64,000 nt of DNA from Candidatus Staskawiczbacteria bacterium RIFCSPHIGHO2_01_FULL_39_25. GTDB taxonomy: Bacteria > Patescibacteriota > Minisyncoccia > Minisyncoccales > Staskawiczbacteraceae. A program made the position numbers and the translations under genes. The stretch covers positions 135,227 through 199,226 of the forward strand of contig MHOO01000011.1 of NCBI GenBank assembly GCA_001820095.1. Direction: 5' to 3'. The notes beneath the pieces were generated by a model. The model had not been told where the DNA came from, searched no databases, and worked only from the letters and a program-made list of their open reading frames with translations. Within the stretch, counting starts at the first letter, position 1; each line of letters opens with the position of its first letter. Positions 28,801 to 37,800 of this stretch are shown here, piece after piece.

Positions 28801-31800
28801 ACATCCACTCCGCAAGCGCAGCCGCAGGCTTGGCGATCACGAGCCTCGGCACCGACACCGACCCCTATATCAAATTCGAACTTGCGGATGGTACATCCAC
28901 TTTCATTATGGGGGTAGATGATTCAGATTCCGACAAGTTCAAAATCAGCACAACGGCGTTGGGGACGAGTGATAGGTTCGTGATTGATAGCAGTGGGAAT
29001 GTGGGCGTCGGTAACACCGACCCGTATGCCCAATTCCATCTGGGTGCTCGCTACGCTGTAACGCCGACCAACATTACCAGTGCCAAGGCTGCCATCACCA
29101 ACGGTGCTCTGTACATTGGCACGACGGCCCAAGGCTCAAACAACACCAACGTCGATCTGCTTGAGTTAGGACACATTAAGACGGGCGCTTTCGGCGGCGG
29201 TTCGGTCAACATCAACTTCCGGGGCTTCGACGCCGGCAACGGTACGAACAGAGGTGTGCTTGCGCAAATCAATGGCGGTCAGAAAAATGACGATTTGGTC
29301 GGTTCTGGGTTCCTTGCATTTGGCGTAGCTGCTGATGAAGCTACGACTCCTACCGAGGCGATGCGGATTGTCGAAACTGGATTGATCGGAATCCAAAATA
29401 CCGATCCTTACGCAAGGCTTCATGTCGGAGCCAAGTACCCTTTTACTCCCACCGGAGCCACGAGTGGGAAAGCGGCGATCACTGGAGGAAGTTTGTTCAT
29501 AGGTACGTCAGCTCAAGCGGACCACAACCTCAACATCGACCTTTTGGACTTGACCCAAACGCAGAATGGAACAGTCAATGGTGGATCGGTCAATATTAAC
29601 TTCCGGGTCTATGATACCGGTAACAATAGCAACAAAGGTGTCTTAGCGCAGGTCGTTGGTGGGCGCAAAGATGGCATCTCAGCCGCTGGTTCGGGTTTCC
29701 TAGCATTCAAGACAGCGGCAGCTGCCGCAACAACATCAACCGAGAGGATGCGAATCGATGAAAACGGAAACGTCGGGATTGGTGACACTTCTCCCGATGA
29801 CCTTCTAAATATCTCCTCCGCTGCTGCGGAAGCCGGCATTGCGATCACCTCCCTTGGCACCGACACCGACCCGTATATCAAGTTTGAACTCGCGGACGGC
29901 ACCCCCACCTTCACCATGGGCGTGGACGATAGCGATTCTGACATGTTCAAGATTAGCACCACCGCCTTAGGAACAAGCGACCGGTTGGTCATTGATTCGA
30001 GCGGGAATGTAGGCATTGGGACGGCAAGCCCAACGGCATCCTTACACATTAAAGCAGGTACAGCCACCGCCAACACTGCTCCGCTTAAATTTAATTCAGG
30101 GACACTGCTTACCACTGCAGAAGCGGGAGCCGTAGAATTCTTAACCGACGCTTATTACGGAACCATCACCACGGGAGCCGCAAGAAAAACATTCGCATTT
30201 TTAGAAAGTCCAATCTTCACCGGCACCGTTACCATCCCAACTCCATTTACCCTTGGGGCTACTTCGGTAACTACTACCGGCACACAATTGAATTATCTCA
30301 ATGCGGCAACTGGAACCACGGGAACCGCCAGCACTAATCTGGTATTTTCAACTTCGCCAACTATTACAACTCCTATATTTACCACAAATATTACAACTCC
30401 ACTGGTGATTGGAGGCACGTCAACCACCGCTAACCTCACCTTGCAGACCACGACAGGCGTCGGCACGACAGGTGCGGATATGCACTTCCTTGTTGGGAAC
30501 GCTGGGGCGACGGAGGCGATGACGATTTTAAATAACGGAAACGTCGGGATTGGCGATACAGATCCTGGTTCTCTCCTCCAGGTGGCAGGAAGAATTATTG
30601 GTGGTGCGAACACAGCGCCATCATCAAATAATACTACGACTCCATTGTACTTATTCACGAGTGCTAACGGAGGCATTCGTTTGCATCCTTCTGCTGCAAC
30701 AAATAGCACTACTATTATAGACGTAAGCGATGCATCTACTCGATATGCCCAAATTCAATACGATGGCACTAATAGCATATTGAATATTTCAAGCCAACAA
30801 TCAACAACAGGACAAATTAAATTATCAACTGGTTCTGGAACCGAAGCAGTAAGGATTGATGCTTCTCAAAGAGTTGGCATCGGCACCACCGCCCCACAAT
30901 CATTGCTCGATGTTCAAGGACCAACAGGCACCGGAGCAGCAACTGCAGGTATCCTTACGTTAGCCACCAAAGAGCTTACTATTGTTGATGATGACCAATT
31001 AGGAAGAATTAATTTTAACGCCCCTCTTGAATCTGACGGCTCTGACGCTATCTTGGCGGGCGCAGCTATTTGGGCGGAAGCGGAAGCAACTTTTAGCTCC
31101 ACCGTCAACAACACAGCTTTGGTATTTGGAACCGCAACCACATCAGCGGCAGTTGAAAGAATGAGGATAGATGCGAGCGGGAATGTGGGGATCGGCGACA
31201 CTACGCCAAGTTATAAATTAGATGTTACTGGCGATGCTCACTTTACTGCTAATATGACGCTTGATGCTGGTCTTACGGTTGCTAGTACCGCCAGTATTGG
31301 AAGCACGGTGACTCCGTCAAATTCAACGTTATTTGTAAATGGAACACTGGCAATAGGATCAGACGCCCTAAATAACCGGTTTAGCACTACCACCAGCGGT
31401 ACCGGCTCCACCCAGATGTTTATTGGAAATTCTACCATTGATGTAACTGCCCCTTCTGACGTTATTACCAAGGAAAATATTGTTTCTACCCAGTATGGGC
31501 TCAATGACTTAATGAAGCTTTCTGTAAAAGAATTTAATTATAAAAAAGAGTATGTAGATGAAGGCGAAATGCAAAAGCTGCACACGGGAATGATTGCTCA
31601 AGAAGTAGAGCAAATTTTCCCCGAAGCTACTATATATAGGTCAGACGGATTAAAGTCTATTGATTACTCAAAAATGGTGCCGTTGCTTATTAAGTCTATC
31701 CAAGACTTGCGGCTGGAGTTTACTGCTGCTTTGGGAGATTACCTTGCAGCAAACCCAAATGCGCTTACGGGTAGTTCGGGGTCATTGTCTGAAATGAAGA

Positions 31801-32429
31801 GCCTGACATTGAGCGAGGATTTGACAGTAAAAGGAAAAGCGACGTTTGAGGGCGATGTTGACACCCAGGGAACGCTGACCTTAAGCAAGCAGCAGGGAGG
31901 GCTGGCTACTATTGGGGCTGGGGCAAAAGAGGTAAGCATTAACTTTAGCAAGCCGTTTGCCGCAAAACCAATTGTTACGGTAACGCCGGAGGGGGAGTCG
32001 GTGGTGTTCAGCACGTCTGACGTAAGCGCCACGAGCTTTACCATTAAGCTGGCGGTTCCGGCAACGTCTAACATCACCTTTGCCTGGATAGCGCTGGCGG
32101 TACAAGATGCAACTTCTATTAGTACGGGAGGTACGGGCAGTGTTGGCGGAATTTCTGGGTCTTCGGGTGGTTCTGGCTCTTCTACAACAGAGCCTGCGGA
32201 CTCTCCGGCGGCTGAAACTGATTCAACAGCAACAGAGACGCCTGCTGGTTCAGAAGCAGAAGAAACCTCTACTTCTGAAACTGAAACTGCGCCTTCTTCA
32301 GAAACTCCGGTTGCCGAAACTCCAGCCTCTGAACCTGCTTCTGAACCAGAACCAGCTCCAGAACCAGAGCCTGCTCCGGCTCCTGCACCAGAACCGACTC
32401 CCGAGCCAGCTCCAGAGCCAACACCGTAA
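25818..32429 (+). CDS. Giant (2203-aa) membrane-anchored fibre protein: HTH-like N-terminus, TM helix, collagen-like run, tail-fibre-type repeats, peptidase-S74-like chaperone module, lectin-like module, Pro/Glu/Ala-rich tail
   Basis: Uninterrupted 6.6-kb ORF (GTG start); 10 G-X-Y triplets at 26757-26846; 79-aa repeats; SDVITKENIV...MVPLLIKSIQDL module; PEPAPEP tail. Confidence 0.85.
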   Translation: MKINEEKAEIFLDPEDSKKKLWAASADLISLSEAAKFTPYSAEYLSYLARKGKIEAVKLSRDWMTTKEIVVEYVKEQEDRQKKLSERFQQAEQFRHHAQAGFIGMKILAVASAAMMTVSSVLSPTVTEYKNLAEKVSELPTKVSEIKMPQMPEIPEITPAGVSQSTVNYLTTISNAANNHAENLARSAGNNLANLSISVNNKADNLARSAGNGLANLNQSVNDGLINLTKPLTATLQSYNVGNISGRYKVEIPASGTAKKNQLAVVPATPTAPAVKDSATTAATAPVVTSKAPSVDDIIAQKLQLMLAQGLLTGPAGPIGPTGPAGLQGPLGPAGPQGPAGSGIVSNGGGRTSAVVGTTSIVTYIPANPPVNNGGSSIAGFTTLSADTFNTKDATLSGSLAVTGTSTLASITASGAVNLTGTTTIAALTTTTLNPGFTAGSIVFQGASNLAQDNANFFWDDTNNRLGIGTASPGALLDVRGAAIFNEDGADADFRVEGDTDANLLFIDASTDRVGIGTATPSALFSVGSGSPFQVDSSGNIASSGTTGVTLSGVGADLTFTGTGNHDVSASSGTLRVGASTIIGNVQAVDDTIDIGTAGVRFDKIYANEVNASILVGTISGGNVQAETLSINSDNATADTEDAFLAFERGTVTPNALLQWDATSDLFDFNSRLRLTGTILGDPSIIFNSATASDTDYWISLQEDGAGDDDDTFQIGKGTIPGTSSFVTINKDGNVGIGTSTPMSAAGFRKGLEIAAEPNTFTPSLVLRSTASTSNNAQIMFTGPSGNNWAIGTDVASGSGSRDFHFYDLNSLTLKMVVQSSTGNVGIADSSPDDLLNIHSASAAAGMAITSLGTDTDPYIKFELADGTPTFTMGVDDSDSDKFKISTTALGTSDRLVIDSSGNVGIGDTSPDDLLNIHSATAAAGLAITSLGTDTDPYIKFELADGTPTFTMGVDDSDSDMFKISTTALGTSDRLVIDSSGNVGIGDTSPDDLLNIHSASAAAGLAITSLGTDTDPYIKFELADGTSTFIMGVDDSDSDKFKISTTALGTSDRFVIDSSGNVGVGNTDPYAQFHLGARYAVTPTNITSAKAAITNGALYIGTTAQGSNNTNVDLLELGHIKTGAFGGGSVNINFRGFDAGNGTNRGVLAQINGGQKNDDLVGSGFLAFGVAADEATTPTEAMRIVETGLIGIQNTDPYARLHVGAKYPFTPTGATSGKAAITGGSLFIGTSAQADHNLNIDLLDLTQTQNGTVNGGSVNINFRVYDTGNNSNKGVLAQVVGGRKDGISAAGSGFLAFKTAAAAATTSTERMRIDENGNVGIGDTSPDDLLNISSAAAEAGIAITSLGTDTDPYIKFELADGTPTFTMGVDDSDSDMFKISTTALGTSDRLVIDSSGNVGIGTASPTASLHIKAGTATANTAPLKFNSGTLLTTAEAGAVEFLTDAYYGTITTGAARKTFAFLESPIFTGTVTIPTPFTLGATSVTTTGTQLNYLNAATGTTGTASTNLVFSTSPTITTPIFTTNITTPLVIGGTSTTANLTLQTTTGVGTTGADMHFLVGNAGATEAMTILNNGNVGIGDTDPGSLLQVAGRIIGGANTAPSSNNTTTPLYLFTSANGGIRLHPSAATNSTTIIDVSDASTRYAQIQYDGTNSILNISSQQSTTGQIKLSTGSGTEAVRIDASQRVGIGTTAPQSLLDVQGPTGTGAATAGILTLATKELTIVDDDQLGRINFNAPLESDGSDAILAGAAIWAEAEATFSSTVNNTALVFGTATTSAAVERMRIDASGNVGIGDTTPSYKLDVTGDAHFTANMTLDAGLTVASTASIGSTVTPSNSTLFVNGTLAIGSDALNNRFSTTTSGTGSTQMFIGNSTIDVTAPSDVITKENIVSTQYGLNDLMKLSVKEFNYKKEYVDEGEMQKLHTGMIAQEVEQIFPEATIYRSDGLKSIDYSKMVPLLIKSIQDLRLEFTAALGDYLAANPNALTGSSGSLSEMKSLTLSEDLTVKGKATFEGDVDTQGTLTLSKQQGGLATIGAGAKEVSINFSKPFAAKPIVTVTPEGESVVFSTSDVSATSFTIKLAVPATSNITFAWIALAVQDATSISTGGTGSVGGISGSSGGSGSSTTEPADSPAAETDSTATETPAGSEAEETSTSETETAPSSETPVAETPASEPASEPEPAPEPEPAPAPAPEPTPEPAPEPTP

Positions 32430-32448
32430 TAAATTTGAAATTTACAAT

Positions 32449-32948
32449 GAATCTTAGTCGAATCTAGAATCTTGTATCTTGTAGCTTGAATAGAATACGG
32501 AATTATGAATAACGATGAAAATAAAATTAAAAAATTCACTGACCTTCATGCTTGGCAGGAGGGGCATAAATTAGTCTTGATGGTATATAAAAATACTGAA
32601 AAATTTCCTGATAAAGAGCGGTTTGGAATTACAGATCAAATGAGAAGGGCGGTAGTTTCACTAACTTCTAATATAGCAGAAGGATTTTCAAGAAGATCGT
32701 CAAAAGAAAAGAACAGATTTTACTGCATGGCCCAAGCATCCTTAGTAGAACTGCAAAACCAACTTATTATATCCCGCGATATTGGTTACTTACCAAATGA
32801 TGATTTTAAAATTATTGCAGATCAGTCAATTGTAGCCAATAAACTTTTAAACGGGCTTTTAAAAGCCACAAAAGATAAAAAATTTGAGTTTTAAATTCTA
32901 GATTCCACATTCAATTCAAGCTTCTAAATACAAGATTCAAGATTCTTA
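32449..32948 (+). mobile_element. Family-2 quasi-palindromic element carrying a four-helix-bundle gene between its arms
   Basis: Left arm 32449-32504 and right arm 32895-32948 match the contiguous empty copies at 42441..42560 and 2862..2988 (inverted). Confidence 0.5.
32505..32894 (+). CDS. Four-helix-bundle protein (23S rRNA intervening-sequence protein family)
   Basis: 129 aa; FTDLHAWQEGHKL, ITDQMRRAVVSLTSNIAEGF and ASLVELQNQL motifs typical of the family. Confidence 0.85.
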   Translation: MNNDENKIKKFTDLHAWQEGHKLVLMVYKNTEKFPDKERFGITDQMRRAVVSLTSNIAEGFSRRSSKEKNRFYCMAQASLVELQNQLIISRDIGYLPNDDFKIIADQSIVANKLLNGLLKATKDKKFEF

Positions 32949-33001
32949 AGTTTAAATTATGGTATAATATAAGTAAGTAATATTATTAACTTAATATATG
33001 T

Positions 33002-33475
33002 ATGGATAAAAAAATTATCAAATGGGGCAGTTTGGGCGCTACGTTAGTTGTCTTAGCGGTTTTTTATGGAGTTTATCAATACTATATAACTAAGACACCA
33101 ACCTATAACGAGCAAAATAACACCGCTACTACCCAAAATGAAAGCAATGAGGCGGATATAGGCAATAATGCTGGCGGCGGTACGACGAATCTTACATATA
33201 CCCAAGCGGTAAAATTATATGTTGATAAAAGAATTCAATTCAATGACACCTGCGTGGCCTCTCCCAATTATGTGGTTTTCAAAAAAGGAACCACCATTAT
33301 GCTGGATAACCGGTCAAATAAACAGAGGGTTATCTCATTAGATGGCGTGAAATATAATTTGAAACCGTATGGTTTTGTGCTGGTTACCTTAACCACTACT
33401 GCTAAGCTACCTCATACCATTATGATTGATTGCGGTACGGGCCAAAATAACGCCAGAATACTTTTGCAAAGCTAG
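33002..33475 (+). CDS. Hypothetical membrane-anchored or secreted protein
   Basis: 157 aa; N-terminal TM helix, low-complexity linker, beta-rich C-terminal domain. Confidence 0.6.
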   Translation: MDKKIIKWGSLGATLVVLAVFYGVYQYYITKTPTYNEQNNTATTQNESNEADIGNNAGGGTTNLTYTQAVKLYVDKRIQFNDTCVASPNYVVFKKGTTIMLDNRSNKQRVISLDGVKYNLKPYGFVLVTLTTTAKLPHTIMIDCGTGQNNARILLQS

Positions 33476-33498
33476 TTTTAAATAGTTTTAAATAAAAA

Positions 33499-33560
33499 GG
33501 CAACGTCCGACGTTGCCGCATTTGGTGAAAAATGAGGACGTCCGACGTCCTCATTTTTTT
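33499..33560 (+). terminator. Two tandem terminator hairpins with a shared ACGTCCGACGT apex
   Basis: GGCAACGTCCGACGTTGCC, then AAAAATGAGGACGTCCGACGTCCTCATTTTTTT. Confidence 0.7.
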
Positions 33561-33651
33561 GTAAGTAACACATTAAAGTGGGACGTGTGACTCCCAATTT
33601 TTTTTGTAAGTAATAGTAGGTGTAAGCGTCATATATCGTAGAACGAAACCT

Positions 33652-33794
33652 AATTTGAAATTTTCAATTTGAAATTTGAAATCAATTTGAAATTATTGAA
33701 TTTGAAATGATTTAAACCCGGCGTCGTGTTTTCAAATTTAAATATTCAATCATTGAAATATTGAATTCAAATTTCAAATTTCAAATTGAAAATT
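33652..33794 (+). repeat. Family-1 quasi-palindromic intergenic element, copy 2
   Basis: Core GAAATGATTTAAACCCGGCGTCGTGTTTTCAAATT with TTTGAAAT/ATTTCAAA arms; ends about 10 nt before ATG 33804. Confidence 0.65.
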
Positions 33795-33803
33795 CGCAAA
33801 GAT

Positions 33804-34556
33804 ATGGACAACAATACTAAAGCGCTCATTATTGGCGGTATCGTAGCGGTGCTCTTGGTGGGAGGATTGTGGGTATTATCAAATACGGAGCTGTTTAGCG
33901 GGACGGAAAATCCATCCCAGAATAATGGGACCATATTGCAAAATAATAAAGAGAAGGGCACGCTGGTGCTTTCTATTACCGATGCCGCCGTTGACATGGG
34001 CACCATAAGCGCCGTAAGCATGACCATAGATAAGGTCTACGTACATAGCAAAGCGCAAGGATGGGTTACGGTGTTAAAGGCTCCGCAAAGCTTCAGCCTG
34101 CTTACCTTAAAGTCAAGCGGACGGGCGGCATTGCTTGCAAAAATTGATATTGCCGCAGATACGTATGACCAGGCCTGGCTGCACATTAGCAATGTAACTA
34201 TTACGGAAGCAGGGAAAGTGAAGGAAGCATTGTTGCCATCCAATGATTTTAAAATGGAAGGCTCAATTAAGGTTGAGAATAATACCAATTCCATTGCTAA
34301 GTTTGATATTCTTGCCGACCAATCTATTCATAAGACCAGCAAAGGGGAATTTGTGTTTGCTCCGGTCATAAAATTTGAAAGCAGGATTAATGCTACCATT
34401 AGTTTTGATTCAAACAATTTTGTGACGATATCGGACGGAAATTTAGTTTCCAGCACTACGGCGGGGATGAATGTTGACGGGCAGGTAAAAACAAATTTCC
34501 AGCTTGACCCTAAAAAAGAGCTTGAGATTAAAAACGGGGTAATTGAAATTAAGTAA
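33804..34556 (+). CDS. DUF4382 domain protein (membrane-anchored)
   Basis: LSITDAAVDMGTISAVSMTIDKVYVH... pattern; ATG 33804 inside ORF 33786..34556. Confidence 0.7.
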   Translation: MDNNTKALIIGGIVAVLLVGGLWVLSNTELFSGTENPSQNNGTILQNNKEKGTLVLSITDAAVDMGTISAVSMTIDKVYVHSKAQGWVTVLKAPQSFSLLTLKSSGRAALLAKIDIAADTYDQAWLHISNVTITEAGKVKEALLPSNDFKMEGSIKVENNTNSIAKFDILADQSIHKTSKGEFVFAPVIKFESRINATISFDSNNFVTISDGNLVSSTTAGMNVDGQVKTNFQLDPKKELEIKNGVIEIK

Positions 34557-34591
34557 TACTAATACTTGAATTTGAAATTGTAAATTTCAAA

Positions 34592-34727
34592 TTAAATCCG
34601 AAGCACGAAATCCGAAATCCGAAACAAATTCAAAATACCAAAATTAAAAATCAAAAAACACGTTTAGAATTTCCCGTCTTTAGAATTTAGATATTGTTTC
34701 GAATTTCGAGATTCGGATTTAGGGTTT
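34592..34727 (+). repeat. Family-3 quasi-palindromic intergenic element
   Basis: AAATCCGAAGCACGAAATCCGAAATCCGAAACAAAT ... ATTGTTTCGAATTTCGAGATTCGGATTT; homologous to 5098..5243 (inverted). Confidence 0.5.
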
Positions 34728-34756
34728 AAAACAGAGGTTGGGCCTCTGTTTTTTAC
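34728..34756 (+). terminator. Intrinsic terminator
   Basis: AAAACAGAGG-TTGG-GCCTCTGTTTT followed by TT. Confidence 0.65.
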
Positions 34757-34803
34757 GTACAAATAGGACTAAGTTATACACAGCCCGCTTGACGGGTCTT
34801 TTG

Positions 34804-34812
34804 TGATATAAT
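34804..34812 (+). promoter_or_regulatory. Extended -10 promoter element (TGaTATAAT) 8 nt upstream of the giant-gene ATG
   Basis: TGATATAAT at 34804-34812; ATG at 34821; implies a leaderless or near-leaderless mRNA. Confidence 0.4.
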
Positions 34813-34820
34813 TGATAAAC

Positions 34821-37800
34821 ATGGTTCTGGGAATCCATATTTTGAAGTTGAAAAAAATACGTAAAAATACGCAGAAATTTTTTGGTATTTTTATATTGAT
34901 ATTCAGCATTTTTAATGTATTTTTAGCATTTCCCGCTAATAATGTCCTTGCCGTTACGGGAGCTCCTAAAATTTTATCCCAGCAGGGCAGATTGCTGAAC
35001 TCAAGCGGGGACTTGCTGGGCGGGTCATCGGGAACAGATTACTGCTTTAAGTTTTCCATTTACGACGCTTCAAGCAGTGGCACCAAACTGTGGCCTTCCG
35101 GATCTCCGTCCAGCATGACTTTTAATGTCAAAAATGGAGTATTTAACGCCTTAGTTGGCGATACGTCGGCTGGGGGAGATGTGCTGGATTACAATTTCCA
35201 AGATAATGATACGGTATATCTTAATGTGGAAGTTGCAACCAAGTCAGGATCCACCTGCGGCACGTTTGAAACATTAACACCACGCCAGCGCGTGGCGTCT
35301 TCTGGGTATTCATTAAATGCCAATACGGTAGGCGGGTTTACTCCCGCGCAATCGGCAACCGGAAATCAAATACCTGTTCTTACCTCCGGCAATCTTATTT
35401 TGGGATCGGGCGGCGGACTTGTCATTACCGGAGGAGCCGGCAATCCGACTGCTACCAATGGCACCGTTTGGTACGATACCACGGCCAATAAATACAAAAT
35501 TGTTGAAAATGGCACCGTAAAAACGCTTTGCAACACGACTGATGCGGGCTGTGGCGCGGGTGGCAGTGGCTCAACCCTTCAGGCCGCGTATGACGCTACC
35601 GGTGGCAATATCATCACAACTACGACCGCGAGGGATATAGACTTTGTGCTTGATAATACTGCCACTGATTCTAATTTTGATATTGATATTAACGCCGGCT
35701 CAACCTCTACAGTTTCAATTTCGCGGCTTGACGGGGCGGACACGGGATTTCCCGCCCAGCTTTTGCTTCTTGAAAATCTGGATACGACCGATGGGCCGGG
35801 GATGGGGCTCCTGATAACTTCGGTAGGAGCGCTTGATACCGCAATAGACCTTTCATCTGCTGCTATAGATACTGCCTTGAATGTAGGAGGCAATAACATC
35901 ATCGGCGGAACCGCCGGAATAACTTTTACGGACTTTATCTTAAGCACTGACGGAAAGATAACTTTTGCATCCGATACGACGGGCGACCAGATGTTCATTA
36001 CAGCTCCGTCGGTTAATTTTCAGGCGTTGGTGGTAGACGCAACCACGAATGATTCCACGCAAACGGAAGGAATGATTGATTTGAATGTTGACACGGCGAC
36101 CAATACCGCGATCGGCGGTCTCGCGCTTGATTTTGCCGTTAAAGACGCGGGGGGAAATTTAACCGTCTACGGAAACAGAACGAATGTGACGGTGGACACG
36201 GACACTGGGCAATCACACACCGTTGCTGGAGAATATATTGGCATCACCGCAAACGACGCGAGCTCAACTACTTACGGTTTGCAAATTGTCGCTGAAGATG
36301 CGGGCGAGCAAGTTGCGACCGCTGGGCTTTTGATTGAAAACTTGCAGGCGACAGACATTGATTTGACGGATGCCGTGCTCGTTCGCGCGACGACGGCGGA
36401 CTCCATCGTTGACGCTTTTGACGCGTCCGATACTGAAATCACCAACGCATTGAATGTCGGGGATAATATCGTAACGGGAGGAGACTGGACTGTCATCAAC
36501 GCCACTGATATTGCCGAAGGCCTCACCTTTACTCTCGCCGGCGGAATAGGCTTTGACATCACCGGTACTGCCGGCCAGGATTTCAGGGTTACCAACACCG
36601 GCGGATCAATCGCGCTTAATGCATCGGAGGCAATCGCGAACGCAATTGCTATTAATGCCTCTAACGCCGCCGGCGGAATTGATATTGATTACGGCACCGG
36701 CGATATCGTTATTTTGGGGACCGGCGTCGGCGCCGACTTCACCCTAGATGCTGATTTAATTTCAATAGACGGAACAGGAACTTCCAACTTTACCATCACC
36801 GGAGCGGTAGATGAAGATTTTACTATTGCTCAAGTTGGTAGCGCGGATAATTCTCTTATTATTTCTTCAACAGGTACAACGGGAGACGCTCTCCAAATTA
36901 AAACCACCGCGGGAGGAATTGATATTACTTCAACGGGTGCGGCCGCCGGGGAAGATATTGATATTACGACTAATGCGTCCGTTAATATTTTTTCCTCTGA
37001 AGCGGCGGTGTCGGACGCGATTAAACTTACTGCCTCGGATGCGGCGGGACAAATTTTCATTGACGCGGGTACGACGGACAAAACTGCGGATGCGATACGA
37101 TTTGATGTGGATATAAATTCGGCAAGCGTTGACGGACTGTTTATGGATTTGGATGTCGGCACGGCGCTCTCATCGGGCGAAATAGGAAATGGCTTAAATA
37201 TTGATGTGGCGGGCCTTGCCGGAGATAATGCGGCATCCGCGATAAATGCGATTTCGCTCACGGGAGATGTAACATCCGCAGGAACCGTAACCGCGATTGA
37301 ACTAAACGGCTCGTTTGACGACAGCATTGATTTATCGGGCGCTTCTACCACGATTGATATTCGTCTTGACGACGGACTTACTATTTCTCAAACATCAGAC
37401 GATGATTTGGATATTGTTGAAGGAAGCCAAACGCTTAATGTTGATTTTGCTGAAACGACTGCCAGCACCATCACGTTTGGAACAGCATCTAATTTAGAAT
37501 TTGAATCAACAGCAAATTCGGCCGCCTCGTTAAAACTTGAGTCAACTTTGGGCGGCATAGACATCTTTGCATCGGGAGCCGGAGCGGGAGAGGATATTGA
37601 TATTATGGCAACGGGGTCTTCTATAAATATTCAATCATCCGAAGCGATTTCTGACGCGATATTGATTGAAGCGACCGGCGCGGGCGGCTCAATGAGATTA
37701 ACTGCGGGAACGGGAGAGCCATCGGCGCTCACTGACGGAAGCGATATTGAATTTTTGACGACTGATGATATTCTTTTTACTCCCGCTGACGATGTATCTA

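Noticed and set aside
31739-32539. 266-aa minus-strand ORF, with similar long antisense ORFs inside both giant genes (e.g. 28235..28858, 38567..39484, 36830..37351)
   Set aside because: They are open only because the sense strand is repetitive and GC-rich with biased codons. They cross the gene end into an intergenic element. The sense ORFs of 6.6 and 7.3 kb are far better supported.
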